Positions 50,250 through 58,502 of a DNA stretch of 64,000 nucleotides are shown piece by piece. Below the pieces are notes generated by a model. It did no database searches. It saw nothing but the letters and a program-made list of their open reading frames with translations, and had not been told where the DNA came from. A program made the position numbers and the translations under genes. The stretch spans positions 2,399,380-2,463,379 of the forward strand of contig OZ242341.1 of assembly GCA_965208545.1 (NCBI GenBank), written 5' to 3'. Position 1 is the first letter of the stretch, and each line of letters begins with the position of its first letter. The DNA comes from Candidatus Poriferisocius sp. Its GTDB lineage: Bacteria > Actinomycetota > Acidimicrobiia > Acidimicrobiales > Bin134.

Positions 50250-51827
50250 TCACTCGGCGGAGGCCTGCTCGCGGAGCACGTACTTCAGCACCTTGCCCGA
50301 GGCGTTTAGGGGCAGGGCGTCAGTGAATCGCACCCGGCGGGGCACTTTGTAGTTGGCCATCTGGTCGCGGCACCAGGCGATGACGTCGGCCTCAGCGGGG
50401 TCGGCCCCAGGAGCGGGCACCACCGTGGCCACCGCCACCTCTCCCAGTCGGTCGTCGGGCATCCCAATCACCGCCACCTGCCCGATTTGGGGGTGGACCA
50501 GCATGATGTTTTCGATTTCGGCTGGATAGGCATTGAATCCGCCCACGATGAACATGTCTTTCTTGCGGTCGGTGATGTCGATGTTGCCCTGTTCGTCCAT
50601 CACCCCGATGTCACCGGTGTGCAGCCAGCCGTCGGCGTCGATGGCCTCAGCGGTCTGCTCGGGGTCGTCCAGGTAGCCGAGCATCACGTTGTAGCCCCGC
50701 ACCACGATCTCGCCGGGTTCGCCCCGGGGCATCTCGTTGCCGTCGTCATCGGTGATCTGTACCTCTACGTCGGGGATGGCCCGGCCCGAGGTGTTGGCGA
50801 TGGTCTCGGGGGCGTCATCGTGGCGGCACATGGTGGCTATGCCCGACGCCTCGGTGAGGCCATAGCCGGTGACGATGGTCTCAAACCCCAAGCGGGCCCG
50901 CATCTGGAGGATCATCTCCACCGGGATGGCAGCGGCCCCGGTCACCGCCAGGCGCAGGGTGGACATGTCGAAGCTGTCCAGATCGGGATGGTTCAAGATG
51001 GTCTGGTAGATGGCCGGTGGTCCGGGCAACATGGAGATGCGCTCTTCGGGTACCCGAGCCATCACCGCGGGGACGTCGAACACTGCGTGGGGGATGTTGG
51101 TGGCCCCGGTCATTAGGCAGGCCAAGATGCCCGAGTTGAGGCCGAAAGCGTGGAAGTAGGGGTTGACGATCAGGTATCGGTCGCCCGCCCGCAGGCCAAT
51201 CACCTCGCACCACGACTTGAACCCCCGGCAGATGGCGGAGTGGACGAGCATGGCCCCTTTGGGCAGGCCGGTGGTGCCCGAGGTGAACATGATGTGGCAG
51301 AGATCGTCGCCGCTCACCGAGGCGGCCCGGGCGTCGCCGTCAACCTCGGATATCTGGGCGGCACGCTCTAGGAAATCGGCAAAGCCGGTGGTGCCCTCGG
51401 GGACGGACCCCCGCAGCACCACAATCTCGTCGAGGGTGTTTCCGCCGTCGGCGTCCCGAAGCAGGGCGACGTAGTCGGTGTCCAAGAAATCGGTCACGGT
51501 GAACAAGATGCGGGCGCCGGACTTCTGGAGGATGAAATCGGCCTCGCGGCCCTTGAACCGGGTGTTGACCGGCACCAGCACTCCCCCGGCTAAATGGACC
51601 CCCAGGCCGGACACCACCCACTCCCAGATGTTGGGGGCCCAAACCGCCACCCGGTCTCCCGGCTCGATGCCCGAGGCCACTAGTGCCCGAGCTGAGGCTC
51701 GGATTTGGTCCCGCAACTCCGGGAAGGTCCAACGCACATCGCCGTCTACCAGGGCTTCCAAGTCAGGGAACCGTCGGGCCGCGTCGTCAACCAACTCGCA
51801 GATGGTGGTCCACGGAGCATCTGACAT
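50250..51827 (-). CDS. AMP-dependent acyl-CoA synthetase/ligase (FadD-like)
   Basis: It has the AMP-binding motif I (MFTSGTTGLPKGA), then YGLTE, TGDIG, and the C-terminal PLNASGKVLK. Confidence 0.88.
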   Translation of the reverse strand: MSDAPWTTICELVDDAARRFPDLEALVDGDVRWTFPELRDQIRASARALVASGIEPGDRVAVWAPNIWEWVVSGLGVHLAGGVLVPVNTRFKGREADFILQKSGARILFTVTDFLDTDYVALLRDADGGNTLDEIVVLRGSVPEGTTGFADFLERAAQISEVDGDARAASVSGDDLCHIMFTSGTTGLPKGAMLVHSAICRGFKSWCEVIGLRAGDRYLIVNPYFHAFGLNSGILACLMTGATNIPHAVFDVPAVMARVPEERISMLPGPPAIYQTILNHPDLDSFDMSTLRLAVTGAAAIPVEMILQMRARLGFETIVTGYGLTEASGIATMCRHDDAPETIANTSGRAIPDVEVQITDDDGNEMPRGEPGEIVVRGYNVMLGYLDDPEQTAEAIDADGWLHTGDIGVMDEQGNIDITDRKKDMFIVGGFNAYPAEIENIMLVHPQIGQVAVIGMPDDRLGEVAVATVVPAPGADPAEADVIAWCRDQMANYKVPRRVRFTDALPLNASGKVLKYVLREQASAE

Positions 51828-51873
51828 GGCTGCGACCCTAATTCACTGCTTTGGCCACTTCGGAGTTGGCCAC

Positions 51874-53031
51874 TCAGTCAGCGGCTTGGACCGCCCCCTG
51901 AGCGATGAGGTGGGCGATTTCGAGGTCGCTTAGACCCAGATCGTCGGCCAATACCGAGCGGGTGTCCTCGCCCAGTCGGGCGGATCGGTGAGTGACCCCC
52001 ACGGTGGCGTCGCCCATGGCAAATGGTTTGGCCGGCACCGGGATGCCAGGGCGGATCTCAGCTATTAGCCCCCGGTCGGCAGCCCAGTCGGAGGCGGCTA
52101 GCTCGGCTACCGAGCTGATGCGAGCCGCGGGCAACGGCTGGCGCTCCACCACTTCGGCCAATTCCTCGTAGGTAGAGAAGCCGGCAACCAGCCCTCGTAG
52201 CAGAGAAAGGGCCTCTTCCCGGGTGGGCTGGTCGGGGCAGTCGTCTGCGTTGCCTCCAAGAGCAGCCACCCACCGGGGCAACATCTGTTCGGGATTGCCG
52301 ATCAGCGACACCGCCTGTCCGTCGGCGGTGCGGGCGACGGCGTAGTTCCACGTGTCGAAATCCCTGGGTCCGTCGTAGCCCGAGAGGTCGTTGCCCGCCT
52401 GGTCGTTGGCGTAGACGAGGGTCTCAGCCATGGCGACATCGAGGTGCTGGCCGTTGCCGGTGTGCTCCCTCTGATAGAGCGCGGCCAACACCGCGGACAC
52501 CGAGATGAACCCGGCATATAGATCACCGTGCTGGTGGATCTCCTGGAGTGGCTCGGCCTCCCGGAGACGAGCGGCCAGCTCGATGGTGCCAGCGACGGCG
52601 TGCATCATGGGAGCGTGGGCCCGGCGATGGGTCCACGGCCCGGTTTGGCCGAACCCGGTGATGGAGCAGAAAACCAGCCGGGAGTTGCGCGCCGACAGCT
52701 CCTCATACGACAGCCCGTAGCGGGCCATGACGCCGGGGCGGTAGTTCTCCAACAGCACGTCGGCCCGGTCGGCCAGCGCGGCCACCACCTTGGGACCGCC
52801 TTCGGCTTTGAGGTCGATGCAGATGTTGCGCTTGCCCGCGTTCATGTGGCTGAACGTGACCCCGATGCCGTCGTCGTCCACCGGGGGCACCGGCCGGGTG
52901 AGGTCGCCGGAGGGGGGCTCAACCTTGATCACGTCGGCGCCTAAGTCGGCCAGCACCCGCCCGCAGATCGGTCCTGAGAAGATCCGGGTGAGGTCCACCA
53001 CCCGGATGCCAGCGAGCGGCCCGTCCTTCAT
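51874..53031 (-). CDS. Family III CoA-transferase (CaiB/BaiF)
   Basis: It has GIRVVDLTRIFSGPICGRVLADLGADVIKVEPP and ENYRPG. Confidence 0.88.
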   Translation of the reverse strand: MKDGPLAGIRVVDLTRIFSGPICGRVLADLGADVIKVEPPSGDLTRPVPPVDDDGIGVTFSHMNAGKRNICIDLKAEGGPKVVAALADRADVLLENYRPGVMARYGLSYEELSARNSRLVFCSITGFGQTGPWTHRRAHAPMMHAVAGTIELAARLREAEPLQEIHQHGDLYAGFISVSAVLAALYQREHTGNGQHLDVAMAETLVYANDQAGNDLSGYDGPRDFDTWNYAVARTADGQAVSLIGNPEQMLPRWVAALGGNADDCPDQPTREEALSLLRGLVAGFSTYEELAEVVERQPLPAARISSVAELAASDWAADRGLIAEIRPGIPVPAKPFAMGDATVGVTHRSARLGEDTRSVLADDLGLSDLEIAHLIAQGAVQAAD

Positions 53032-53046
53032 GGCCTACAGGACGCG

Positions 53047-53091
53047 GCCGGGCCCGACCCGCCGCCGAAAGGGCAGCCGATCGGGCCCGGC
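53047..53091 (-). terminator. Perfect 11-bp GC stem (gccgggcccga / tcgggcccggc, 23-nt loop) between the binding-protein gene and the CoA-transferase gene
   Basis: Read directly from the sequence. It could be an intra-operon attenuator or an mRNA-stabilising hairpin. No U-tract is present. Confidence 0.35.
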
Positions 53092-53115
53092 ACAGTCGCT
53101 ATTGGTTCAGTTGGC

Positions 53116-54603
53116 TTACCGGTCGGGGTCGCCGTAGCAAACGAATTCGTAGGCCACCGCATATTCGGCGTCCACCACCTGCACCATGCCGGTGCAGTCG
53201 GGGGCAATGACGTGGTCGGCCGGCCACTTCACCGAGCCGAGACCGCCGGACTGCTGGGTGGTCGCAAAGCCGTCGATGTTGACCGCCTGGTAGAAGCTGG
53301 CGGTGTTCAGATCCTCGCCGGCGGCGGCGATCATCTGGATCATCAAATCGGCCGACCAATAGCCCACCAAGCTGCCGAAGCCGGGGAAGGCCCCAACTGC
53401 CTCGTAGTCAGCCAAGAGCTGCTGAATGGCCGGCTGCGAAGAATCTTCAACAGGGGGCACCTGGGTCACGGCGTAGCCGCCCTCCAGGGCCTGACCCAAG
53501 TCAGGGCTCGACCCGGGAAGGCCAGGAACATAGGTCAGATAATCGGCCACCGGGCCTTCATATCCCGAAGCGGCGATGGTCGCCTTCAGGGTGATGGCTC
53601 CGGCGAAGTCGGTGGACAGGATCACCAAATCGGGCTCGTGCTCCAGCACTGTGTTTACGAACCGAGTGGGATCGGTGATGCCGCCTGCACTTGCAGTAGG
53701 AACGAAATCGTTGAACGCCAGCTTGCCGGCCCACAGCGTTTCGTACAGCGCGTGACCGGCGCGACCAGCGTCGTCGTCGCTGTTGAAGATGCCGACCACA
53801 ATGTCCTCGGTGCCGAAGAAGTCGTACCAAATGTTCTGGACTGACACCAGAGGATCGGCGCCCTCGACTCCGAAGGCGAAGCCGCTTAGGCAGCCGTTGA
53901 AGCCGAAGCCCCAGTCGTTGGGGGCGCAGAACCCGGGCATGAATCCCCAGCCGGTGAACGGCACTTGGTTCTCGGCCAGGTAATCGGTGGTCTGGGGAAG
54001 CGACACCGCAGAGGTGACCATGATGCCGAACACCTCGTCGTTCTCCACCATGCTGCGGGCACCTTCGAAGTTGGCCTGTGGATCGCTGCCATCGTCCACG
54101 TATTGCACGAGTTCGACTTGCCGACCGCCGGGCAGCTCGCCGTCGCGGTTGGCCCGACCGAGTCGGGCGTTGATGCCGTCGGTGAATCCCCCGTACAGAG
54201 CATCCTGAGTCATGGCACCCAGGCGCACCGTGTCGTCGCTCACACCCCGAGTGGATGGCTCGAAGTCAATCTCGTAGGTGTAGGCACCCCAAGTGCGGGA
54301 GGTTGCCATCTCCTCGTCGTCCATGGGCTCGGCGTCATCCATCGGCTCTTCGTCGTCCATAGGCTCGTCATCCATGGGCTCTTCGTCGTGCTCGTGGTCG
54401 TCGTCGTCCTCGTGCGCATGGTCGTCGTCGTCCTCGTGCTCATGGTCGTCGTCGTCATCCATGGGCTCCTCAGCAGGCTCATCAGCCGGGGCCGGAGCAG
54501 CGTCTGGGGCCGGAGCGTCATCGTCGTCGTTGCCGCAGGCAGCAACCACCAACGCCAGCGCGGCCAAGAGCGCGAGAAGCTTGTGCAACAGTGATCGTCT
54601 CAT
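53116..54603 (-). CDS. ABC transporter substrate-binding lipoprotein, type I periplasmic binding fold (LivJ/branched-chain amino acid-like), with an N-terminal Asp/His/Glu repeat
   Basis: ATG 54603 is preceded by ggagggg. It has the lipobox VVAACG, followed by DDDDHEHEDDDDHAHEDDDDHEHDEEPMDDEPMDDEEPMDDAEPMDDEE. The Peripla_BP_6-like core follows (VRLGAM...GRQVELVQYVDDGSDP). Confidence 0.8.
   Translation of the reverse strand: MRRSLLHKLLALLAALALVVAACGNDDDDAPAPDAAPAPADEPAEEPMDDDDDHEHEDDDDHAHEDDDDHEHDEEPMDDEPMDDEEPMDDAEPMDDEEMATSRTWGAYTYEIDFEPSTRGVSDDTVRLGAMTQDALYGGFTDGINARLGRANRDGELPGGRQVELVQYVDDGSDPQANFEGARSMVENDEVFGIMVTSAVSLPQTTDYLAENQVPFTGWGFMPGFCAPNDWGFGFNGCLSGFAFGVEGADPLVSVQNIWYDFFGTEDIVVGIFNSDDDAGRAGHALYETLWAGKLAFNDFVPTASAGGITDPTRFVNTVLEHEPDLVILSTDFAGAITLKATIAASGYEGPVADYLTYVPGLPGSSPDLGQALEGGYAVTQVPPVEDSSQPAIQQLLADYEAVGAFPGFGSLVGYWSADLMIQMIAAAGEDLNTASFYQAVNIDGFATTQQSGGLGSVKWPADHVIAPDCTGMVQVVDAEYAVAYEFVCYGDPDR
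54316..54471 (-). repeat. In-frame tandem repeats: 3 x 24 nt (54388-54459, DDDDH[EA]H[ED]) flanked by 15-18-nt EPMDD units
   Basis: The 24-nt units are gtgctcgtggtcgtcgtcgtcctc / gtgcgcatggtcgtcgtcgtcctc / gtgctcatggtcgtcgtcgtcatc. They are preceded by four units of the form gtc[ga]tccat[gca]ggctc... Confidence 0.85.
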
Positions 54604-54669
54604 TTCCCCTCCGATAGTTGGATTGGCGACATAGTAGGCCAAGTGCTTTCTACTGTCACCCCGACGGAG

Positions 54670-57669
54670 TCAGTCTGAGTTGGCCGTTACCTCTCCCAGA
54701 TAGGCGGCGTCGAGCTGGTCGTGATCCACCTCGGAGCGGGGGCCGTGCCAGGTGATGTGGCCCAAGCTGATGAACGCCACCGAGTCGGCAATCTCCAGCA
54801 CGTCGCGGGCCTTCTCCTCTACCAAGAGCAAGGCCACGCCCCGCTCCTTGAACTCAATGAACAGTTCAAGGATCTGATTCACGATGAGCGGGGCCAAACC
54901 CAGCGACGGCTCGTCGGCGATTAGCACTTCGGGCGGGTGGGCCAGCAGCGGAGCCAGGGTAAGGATCTGCTGCTCGCCCCCTGAGAGATTGCCAGCCAGC
55001 TGGTTCTGGCGCTCGCCCAGGATGGGGAACCGATCACAGCACAGGTCGCGGTCCTCTGGTTTGGGCAGCCAGAGTTGCAGATTCTCCCGCACGGTCAGCC
55101 CGCTGAAAATACCCCGGGCCTCGGGGGCCAGCACTACGCCCCGTCGGGACCGGCGGTGGCTGCGCAGCGCCGTGATGTCCTCCCCGTCGAACCGGATGAT
55201 GCCGTGGGTGGCAGCCAGTAGGCCGGAGGCCACCGCGCAGGTGGTGGACTTGCCGGCGCCGTTGGGACCCAAGAGTGCAGTGATCTCACCCCGGGGTACT
55301 GACAAGTCAATTCCGTGCAGAGCCTCCACCAATCCGTAACTGGCCCTCACCCCCACGAGTTCGAGGGCAGGCGGGTGATCGCCGATGTATTGGTCGCCCA
55401 TCTCCTCGGCAACCGCAGGAGTCTCTGACGCCGCCGGTGCGGCTGGGACCGATTCAGCAATCCGACTCGAACTGGCAATCTCGAACTCTCCCCGCCAGGC
55501 AGCGAGCCGCCGACGCCAAGCATCGCGGCGAACCCGGTTTTGGGCGGCGGTGAACGCGAGGATTCCATCGGGCTCGCGGGCGAGTTGCATGGCGCCGAGG
55601 CCGAACATGAAGGCGGTGATGTTGCGGGCCTCGTCGTACTGGTCGAACCCGTCCCAGTCGATGGGATACCAGGAATACACGCGTGCCAGGCAGATAAAGG
55701 CCAGCACCGCCAGCACTCCGAGAATGGGCGGCGAGAACGGCAGCCCCACTTGGCGGTCTCGGATGGCGGTGAACAATGCCGCCGCCCCGAATACCGAGGC
55801 CACCAGCACCACGTGCCACGACTCCATCCAATCCCAGTGCCAGCCAGTGCCGAATGTGTGTCCGCTGGCCGCCACCATGATGCCGGCCATTACCGCGGCC
55901 CCAGGCCGGCGGATGCCGACCAAGATCACCACGGCCAGCCAGAACAGACCGGCCTGGGTGGTGGCGGTGAACGGAGTCACATTGCCGATGAAGGTGGCGA
56001 AAAACACCCCACCGAACCCGGCTAGCAATGCCGACAGGGCAAACACCGCCAGCTTGGTGCGAACGATGGAATGGCCAGAGGTGGCTGCGGCGGGCTCGGA
56101 GTTGCGCACCGCGATGATGGCCCGTCCGGTGACCGAGCGCTGGAGGTTTCGCACCAACCAGCCCGCGGCCAACACCAATATCACTAACAGCACTGCAAGG
56201 GATTTCTCGTCTTCCAAGTCGAACGGCCCCAGTTGTGGGCGGGGGATATCCCATCCCTTGGAGCCTTGGCCGTTCTTGAACCAGCTCCACTCGAACAGCA
56301 CCCGCTCGCTCATGAAGGCCAAGGCCAGGGTGGCCAATGCCAACGGCAAACCCCCCAGCCGCAGGGCGGGAAGTGCCACGACTACGCCCAGCACTCCGGC
56401 AACAATCACGCCCACGATCAGCGCGGGAATGAACGGCAGCCCGGTTTTGTCCAAGATCAGACCAGCGGTCATGGCCGCCATGGTCACGAAGGCCGCTTGG
56501 GCCAGGCTGACCATGCCGCCGAGGCCGGTAAGCAGCACCCAGGACATGAACACCAGGCCAAAGGCCAAGCCGGTGACCCACAACCCGAGCCAGAACTGGT
56601 CGGCAAAGACAAAAACCTGAAGCACGATGAACGCCGCGCCCAGGAACCACGGCAGTCGAACCCGCCACGCCGGCAGGTCGTCGGTGTAGACGGTGGCCGG
56701 AGGGGCGTCGGCCACCACCCCGCTGCGGCGAGTCCGCTCCCGGGCCATAAACAACAGCCCCACCAACAGAACTACGAACGGCACTGAGCTCTCGAATCCC
56801 CGAATGTCCTGGGCAAAGGTGGCGTACCGGCCCACCCAGCTGGTGACCACTCCCAAGGCCACGCCCCCGGCGAAAGCCAGCGGAATGGAGCGCAACCCGC
56901 CAACCACCGCGGCGGCGGTGGCGATGAACATGAACACGTTGTATTGATTGGACTCCAGCGAATTGAACACCGGGGCGCCGACCACTCCGGCCATCCCGGC
57001 CAGCATGGTGCCGATGATCCAAGCGGCCGACGAGGTGAACTTTTCGCTGACCCCCCGCAGCCCGGCCAAATCGGGTCGGTCCACCACTGCCCGCATTTGA
57101 AGCCCCATACGGGTGTGGCGCATCAGCGCCCACAGTCCAACGGCGACGACCACGGCCACAACCAGTACCGCCCACTGATTGCTGCTGATGCGCAGGTCGA
57201 AGCTCCCGAGGTCGTAGGTCCAGGTCTCGCTGGGTACTTTCCACACCCCGGGGGTGAGGAACACGTAGTCGGTGGATTGCAGGCTCCAGTCCCACGTCTT
57301 GGTACCCAAGTCGACAATCAAGTCGGTGAGCGCGGGTAATGCCACCAGAATTCCGATGGTGGCCATGACTTTGGCCGCGTCGTTGGCCCGGGCCAGGGGA
57401 CGAAATACCGCCACGTTCAGGAGTTGGCCAAGCAACGGGCAAAACACCAGCACCACGAGGAAGAACGACAGCAGCCGCATGCCCAGGCTCTCTATGCCCA
57501 GAGCGTTGATCAGCTGGAAATAGAGCATGGCCGAGGTGTAGGCGATGCCCCCATAGGCCAGGTTGAAGATTCCGGTGGAGGTGTAGCTCAGCGTGAGCCC
57601 GGCGGCGATCAGCGAGTAGATGGAGCCGGCGATGGCCCCGCTCACTAGCAATTGGATGAACTCGCCCAC
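54670..57669 (-). CDS. Fused ABC importer: LivH-like permease + LivM-like permease + LivF-like ATPase in one 999-aa polypeptide
   Basis: I trimmed the ORF to GTG 57669 (VGEFIQLLVSGAIAGSIYSL..., with gggggaa about 10 nt upstream). The second permease module begins near LPWFLGAAFIVLQV...LLTGLGGMVSLAQAAF. The C-terminal ATPase has GPNGAGKST, LSGGEQQ, LIADEPSLGL and LLVEE. The upstream 146 codons of the track ORF are Arg/Pro-rich and I rejected them. Confidence 0.8.
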   Translation of the reverse strand: MGEFIQLLVSGAIAGSIYSLIAAGLTLSYTSTGIFNLAYGGIAYTSAMLYFQLINALGIESLGMRLLSFFLVVLVFCPLLGQLLNVAVFRPLARANDAAKVMATIGILVALPALTDLIVDLGTKTWDWSLQSTDYVFLTPGVWKVPSETWTYDLGSFDLRISSNQWAVLVVAVVVAVGLWALMRHTRMGLQMRAVVDRPDLAGLRGVSEKFTSSAAWIIGTMLAGMAGVVGAPVFNSLESNQYNVFMFIATAAAVVGGLRSIPLAFAGGVALGVVTSWVGRYATFAQDIRGFESSVPFVVLLVGLLFMARERTRRSGVVADAPPATVYTDDLPAWRVRLPWFLGAAFIVLQVFVFADQFWLGLWVTGLAFGLVFMSWVLLTGLGGMVSLAQAAFVTMAAMTAGLILDKTGLPFIPALIVGVIVAGVLGVVVALPALRLGGLPLALATLALAFMSERVLFEWSWFKNGQGSKGWDIPRPQLGPFDLEDEKSLAVLLVILVLAAGWLVRNLQRSVTGRAIIAVRNSEPAAATSGHSIVRTKLAVFALSALLAGFGGVFFATFIGNVTPFTATTQAGLFWLAVVILVGIRRPGAAVMAGIMVAASGHTFGTGWHWDWMESWHVVLVASVFGAAALFTAIRDRQVGLPFSPPILGVLAVLAFICLARVYSWYPIDWDGFDQYDEARNITAFMFGLGAMQLAREPDGILAFTAAQNRVRRDAWRRRLAAWRGEFEIASSSRIAESVPAAPAASETPAVAEEMGDQYIGDHPPALELVGVRASYGLVEALHGIDLSVPRGEITALLGPNGAGKSTTCAVASGLLAATHGIIRFDGEDITALRSHRRSRRGVVLAPEARGIFSGLTVRENLQLWLPKPEDRDLCCDRFPILGERQNQLAGNLSGGEQQILTLAPLLAHPPEVLIADEPSLGLAPLIVNQILELFIEFKERGVALLLVEEKARDVLEIADSVAFISLGHITWHGPRSEVDHDQLDAAYLGEVTANSD

Positions 57670-57740
57670 CCGACAATTTCCCCCTGGACTATTCGACCTG
57701 CGCCACTCTAGTGGCCCGCTCTGATCGGTACATTCGTCCC

Positions 57741-58475
57741 ATGGACGAAGTGCTGTTAGACGACCTCGCTGCCGAACACAAGGTATTGGACGACCTGGTA
57801 GCCCGGCTGCCTCAAGAATCGTGGACGAAGCAGTCGCCGTCGCCAGGCTGGACGCTGGCCCACCAGATACACCATCTCGATGTGAGCGAGGGGGCCGCCT
57901 TGCTGGCCCTGACCGGCCACAGCGACCGAGTATTTGCTCCCACCGGCCGCTGGCCCGACCGCCCCTTGCCCAACGATCCCACCGAAGTGCTGGACAACTG
58001 GCGGTCTTCTCGGACGGCCAGTTTTGAGGCAATGGCCGGGCTGGACGCCAAATCACCGGTGATCTGGGGCGACGGCCCCATGACCTGCCGCTCCTTCGCC
58101 ACCTCACGGCTCATGGAGACCTGGGCCCACGGACTCGATTGCTTCACCACCCTCGGAGTTGAGCCGGTTGACACCGACCGGCTCCGCCATGTCGCCCACA
58201 TTGGCTACCGTGCCCTCCCCTACGCCTTCCGCAGCCAAGGCGTGAACCCTCCCGCCCCCCTCTCCGAGCTTCGCTTGGAACTGTCCTCGCCGTCGGGCCA
58301 GCTCTGGACTTACGGCGAAGAAATTGCCCTCCAATCCATCACCGGCTCAGCCGCTCACTGGTGCCGAGTAGCCACCCGCCGCATGGCTGCCGAAGACTCC
58401 GACCTACTCGCCAGCGGCCCTCTGGCCCACTCAGTCTTGGCCGTCGCCCGCGCTTACCTGTCGGATGGGGCATAG
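57741..58475 (+). CDS. Mycothiol-dependent maleylpyruvate isomerase N-terminal (DinB-like) family protein, TIGR03084-like
   Basis: ATG 57741 opens MDEVLLDDLAAEHKVLDDLVARL....W...SP.PGWTLAHQIHHL, the pattern of the actinobacterial DinB_2/MDMPI family. Confidence 0.65.
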   Translation: MDEVLLDDLAAEHKVLDDLVARLPQESWTKQSPSPGWTLAHQIHHLDVSEGAALLALTGHSDRVFAPTGRWPDRPLPNDPTEVLDNWRSSRTASFEAMAGLDAKSPVIWGDGPMTCRSFATSRLMETWAHGLDCFTTLGVEPVDTDRLRHVAHIGYRALPYAFRSQGVNPPAPLSELRLELSSPSGQLWTYGEEIALQSITGSAAHWCRVATRRMAAEDSDLLASGPLAHSVLAVARAYLSDGA

Positions 58476-58502
58476 CCCCGGCACGCCTAGACCAAGAAAA
58501 AC

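Noticed and set aside
55454-57676. 740-aa alternate-frame ORF on the same strand as the fused ABC gene
   Set aside because: The product is Arg/Gly/His/Pro-rich with no membrane helices or ABC motifs, while the other frame gives coherent permease and ATPase domains.
57670-58107. N-terminal 146-codon extension of the fused ABC ORF (track ORF 54670..58107)
   Set aside because: The extension is an Arg/Pro/Ser/Gly-rich peptide that overlaps the divergent DinB-like gene. A GTG with an upstream G-rich SD at 57669 coincides with the start of LivH homology.
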